A stretch of 64,000 nt of DNA from Lingula anatina (lineage: Eukaryota; Animalia; Brachiopoda): contig CM120646.1 in NCBI GenBank assembly GCA_051362555.1, positions 14,074,001 through 14,138,000 on the forward strand. The letters run 5' to 3'. The translations under genes and the position numbers were made by a program. Of the stretch, positions 60,716 through 64,000 are shown piece by piece (position 1 is the stretch's first letter; every line of letters begins with the position of its first letter). Under the pieces are notes generated by a model that was given only the letters and a program-made list of their open reading frames with translations, made no database searches and was not told the origin of the DNA.

Positions 60716-63700
60716 GTAGGGGGAACTGAGAGAAAGAGAAAAAGGCTAAAAAGAAACATTTACAGCACATACTTTAGGAATCTACTAGTGTGTCTACCGC
60801 ATTGGGTGAACCTGGTACTTAACCTGGGATATCAGGATCCTATCTTTACTTTTTATCTATATTGCTAATCATTTCGTTTTGACGAAAAACATGCCTTACG
60901 GTAAAATAACACGGGCAGACAGACAAATTGGAACCCTCAGGATAAGCCATTTCATTCCCCGTGCAAGTTCATGTAGCAGCAATTATAACCCGACAAAAAG
61001 AAGTTAAGGAGAAAAGCCCGAGGTTTCATGACAAGTATAGAGCCAAAAACAACGTCGAGTCTGCTCGCGGTCTTAAGAAATTTATCATGCGAAAACCCGT
61101 CTGCATGTATTTATCAGATACATGTGTGCCTTTTTCTGGTGTACCTTTCCTAACATTCTTTGGCACGTTACTCTCGCAAGGGCGTGATTTTAAAGAAAGG
61201 TCTCGCAAGGTCACATCACCCCGAGACCTTTGAATGTACATAATTTGTATCCCCTTCAAGAGAGACTGTCTCTGTGAATAGGTGATGTTCAACGGACCAT
61301 GACGCATTTTACACCTGAGATATACGTCTTGATCAAGATTAAGTAAACAGTCTCTTGGCGTTACTGAAAGAGCCCTTTAGTAATATTTTTGTTATTTGTA
61401 CAGGTACAAGTACATAGTGTGTCTATACCTTTTATCCTTTTTAATAGAGAAGGAACTGAAGCTGTATTTGATACGGATTTGTATGGGTACTTATTCACTG
61501 TTCAAGATGTCAAGATGGTATGAATAAATTCTGATTACCAAGAATTTTTAAACGAAATGGACGAAAACGACTTATAAAAATCAGAAAAACATATTTTCTG
61601 TTGAGCCATTAATTTTGATCTCCTCTAATTTACAAGTAAAAAGAAAGAAAGAAAGACAAGTCCCTGCTATAGATGACATGTGAACATTAGGGTCTTTACC
61701 TGAAATTTTGAGATTAATATGAATAGAACCATCTACTAGAATAACACAGCGGTCCTTTAATGTGGTTAATAATTGTTTTTGCACTGGCTAGGAATTGAAA
61801 TAAACGTTTAACTTTTTCTTATGCTTCACGTTCTCCTTTGTCTCTCAATATTGAAAATGGACTAATTTGTACGTTAGGAGAAGATAACCAATTCTCTGAT
61901 CTCTGTAAGTCGTTTGTGCGTATTTTTTTGCCCACAATGAAAAAATATAATCGGGTCTAGGTTTGTTGACTGATAATACACATTACTTCTTCTGTTTTCC
62001 CAGTAAGTTATTTTAACGATGCGAGCCGCACACGCTTTCGGCCCTTGCCGACTACTTTTTTTCACGAAACAGTTACTGACTCTAACCACTTTTTGCACCA
62101 AAGCAGTGTATTCCCTTGGTGTTTCTTTTGGCAGGTCCATCGTATTAAGTAATTGCTTCCTTGCTTGCACAGTCGGAGCGACATTTTTGGTCACGAAATT
62201 GTTTTCCTTCGCTCCAAGAACGGCTGTTGGCCGGACTTGTATACCTGCCTGGGTCGAATTTCGTGGAGAATCCCAGAACACGGGACGTTCTAATGATATA
62301 ATTCACTTCAATACGGAGAACCAGGTTTTTGCCATTTAAGAAGCAACACGAGACCTTTCTGCATTTCTAACTGTCAGAGTGCATTTTCAGTCAAACCAAT
62401 ACTACATGGAGTTTCCAACAATTGAGAGAGTCGGGGAGGGGGGGGGGGGTTAGCTAGTGGAGTGCAACGCAATGTGGCGCCGGGGGGGGGGGGGGGGGGG
62501 CTCATTTCACGCCATTGTGTGTTGGGGGGGGGGCACGCAGGGTAGAGGCAGCTTAAAATATTTAGAACTTTACTAAATGAGAAAGAGTGAAAAAAAAGTT
62601 CCACAATGACCTTACACGCCAAGTGTCCCAGATCCAACCTATTAGATAAAGTCAAAGGAAAAACAGAATTCAACGAAACATAAAAGTGATAATTTTTCAA
62701 GTGTGCTCCATTTATACGTAGCCCTGAAAAGCCCAAAAATTAAAAAAAAAAACTCCATGATCAACTCGGGTGAACAGCAAGGGCTACACTTTAAAATAGT
62801 ATATATTTTCTCATTAGACCTTAATGCATAACGAAATCACATATTAACACAAACATTCGTGTCAGGAGTGATATTCTGACGTGGAATGTAAGGCCACGCC
62901 AGCCGTGTCACTCCCCCGTGTGGGACGTGACAGAAAGGTGGGACATTATGTGGTAACTGACATAACCTGTTAGCCAAGTGTTTTGACATTGATGGGGCCG
63001 CGTGAGGGTGAAATTCCTAATTAATACATATATGGAAATAGTTTCAAAGAAATAAGTGGATTTAATCCTGGCCCTAATGTTGAATAATAAGAGGCAAATA
63101 TTAGGTTGTGGTAACAGAACATTTGTTGTCTAATATAATTTCCAAATTGACTAATTTCTTTAAACAAGATAAGGTGTTATTCTATCTTTATTCATTAATT
63201 GTACTTCAGTCATATAATAATCGAGATACGTTATTGGTTTGTGCTTTTGCACTTAGTGTCGTGTAATGCTGTCCATTATTGCAATTTCTCCTTCTAATAG
63301 TGCAGGGTGCCTTTATGTTTTTTTTTTATTTTTTTTTTTTTGTGCCTGTGTGCTAACGCCAGCCTTATACATGTACATGATGTAGATTGTGCATGAAAAA
63401 ATGTCTGTATGTGGAAGTTCAATTTTTCCATTTATTATGGTACAATTCGTGTTGTACACCGCACAAGGCTGAATTAAAACATGGTATTTAGTTTTTTATT
63501 TTTTTTTTATTACAAATATTGCAAACCTCCTGCCTGCCCCTGGTTTTCCCTCTTTTCAACTGAAGTAAATTACACTCTCCAGGAAAGTAATATATGTGCC
63601 CATTGGCGAGTGTCCTTGTGCATGGGTGAACCTTCAAAGAATAGTTATGAATCATGAAAACGTTTAAATGTCTCTGACCCATTTGTCTCTATCATTTACC

Positions 63701-64000
63701 TTTAAGATACAGACGAAGAAAAATGACTTTTTAAGTAACCTTCAGCACCTCTTCAACAATCGCTATTCACCATCCTGCTGGCGCGTTCGCATACCTGACA
63801 AAAAAATGTAGCGGTCCTACGTCACCATAGTAATTTTAACGGATTTTTGAGGGCGTTGTCATTGAGTTGTTTTATACTGCTTTTGTGGTTGTTCTTAGTT
63901 GTAAATAGGTGGTTATGCCTCTGACTTGGTGTTATGTAAATGAACCATATATGTTTTATTCCTTTTCCTGAAGGCCTTTTTTTATTGATTTAAGAAATAA

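Overview
Eukaryotic, AT-rich, intron-containing animal DNA with many (CA)n/(GA)n microsatellites. It is probably an invertebrate, and a lophotrochozoan such as a mollusc is my inference only. Two protein-coding genes are supported, arranged tail-to-tail. (1) The 3' part of cullin-1 (CUL1, + strand): 16 GT-AG coding exons from 41 to 7701 encoding the last 613 aa, with the 5' exons outside the window, a probable 3'-UTR intron and a poly(A) signal near 9327. (2) A complete two-exon sclerostin/SOSTDC1 (Wise)-like secreted cystine-knot gene on the - strand (join 24031..23731, 14040..13652; 229 aa) with a TATA promoter. The remaining ~40 kb upstream of it has no recognisable coding gene. It holds non-autonomous elements (Tourist-like MITEs, a Helentron-type HINE, an RTE LINE 3' remnant), simple repeats and a few candidate exons. 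The most notable points are a 36-bp tandem duplication of a CUL1 exon end plus splice donor that creates a poison donor, loss of the NxI LRP5/6-binding motif and a long charged N-terminus in the SOSTDC1-like protein, an in-frame candidate alternative terminal exon, and a sharp CpG-depletion boundary at the end of CUL1. I did not find a clearly new multi-gene system. Nearly all short ORFs in the supplied track are spurious.
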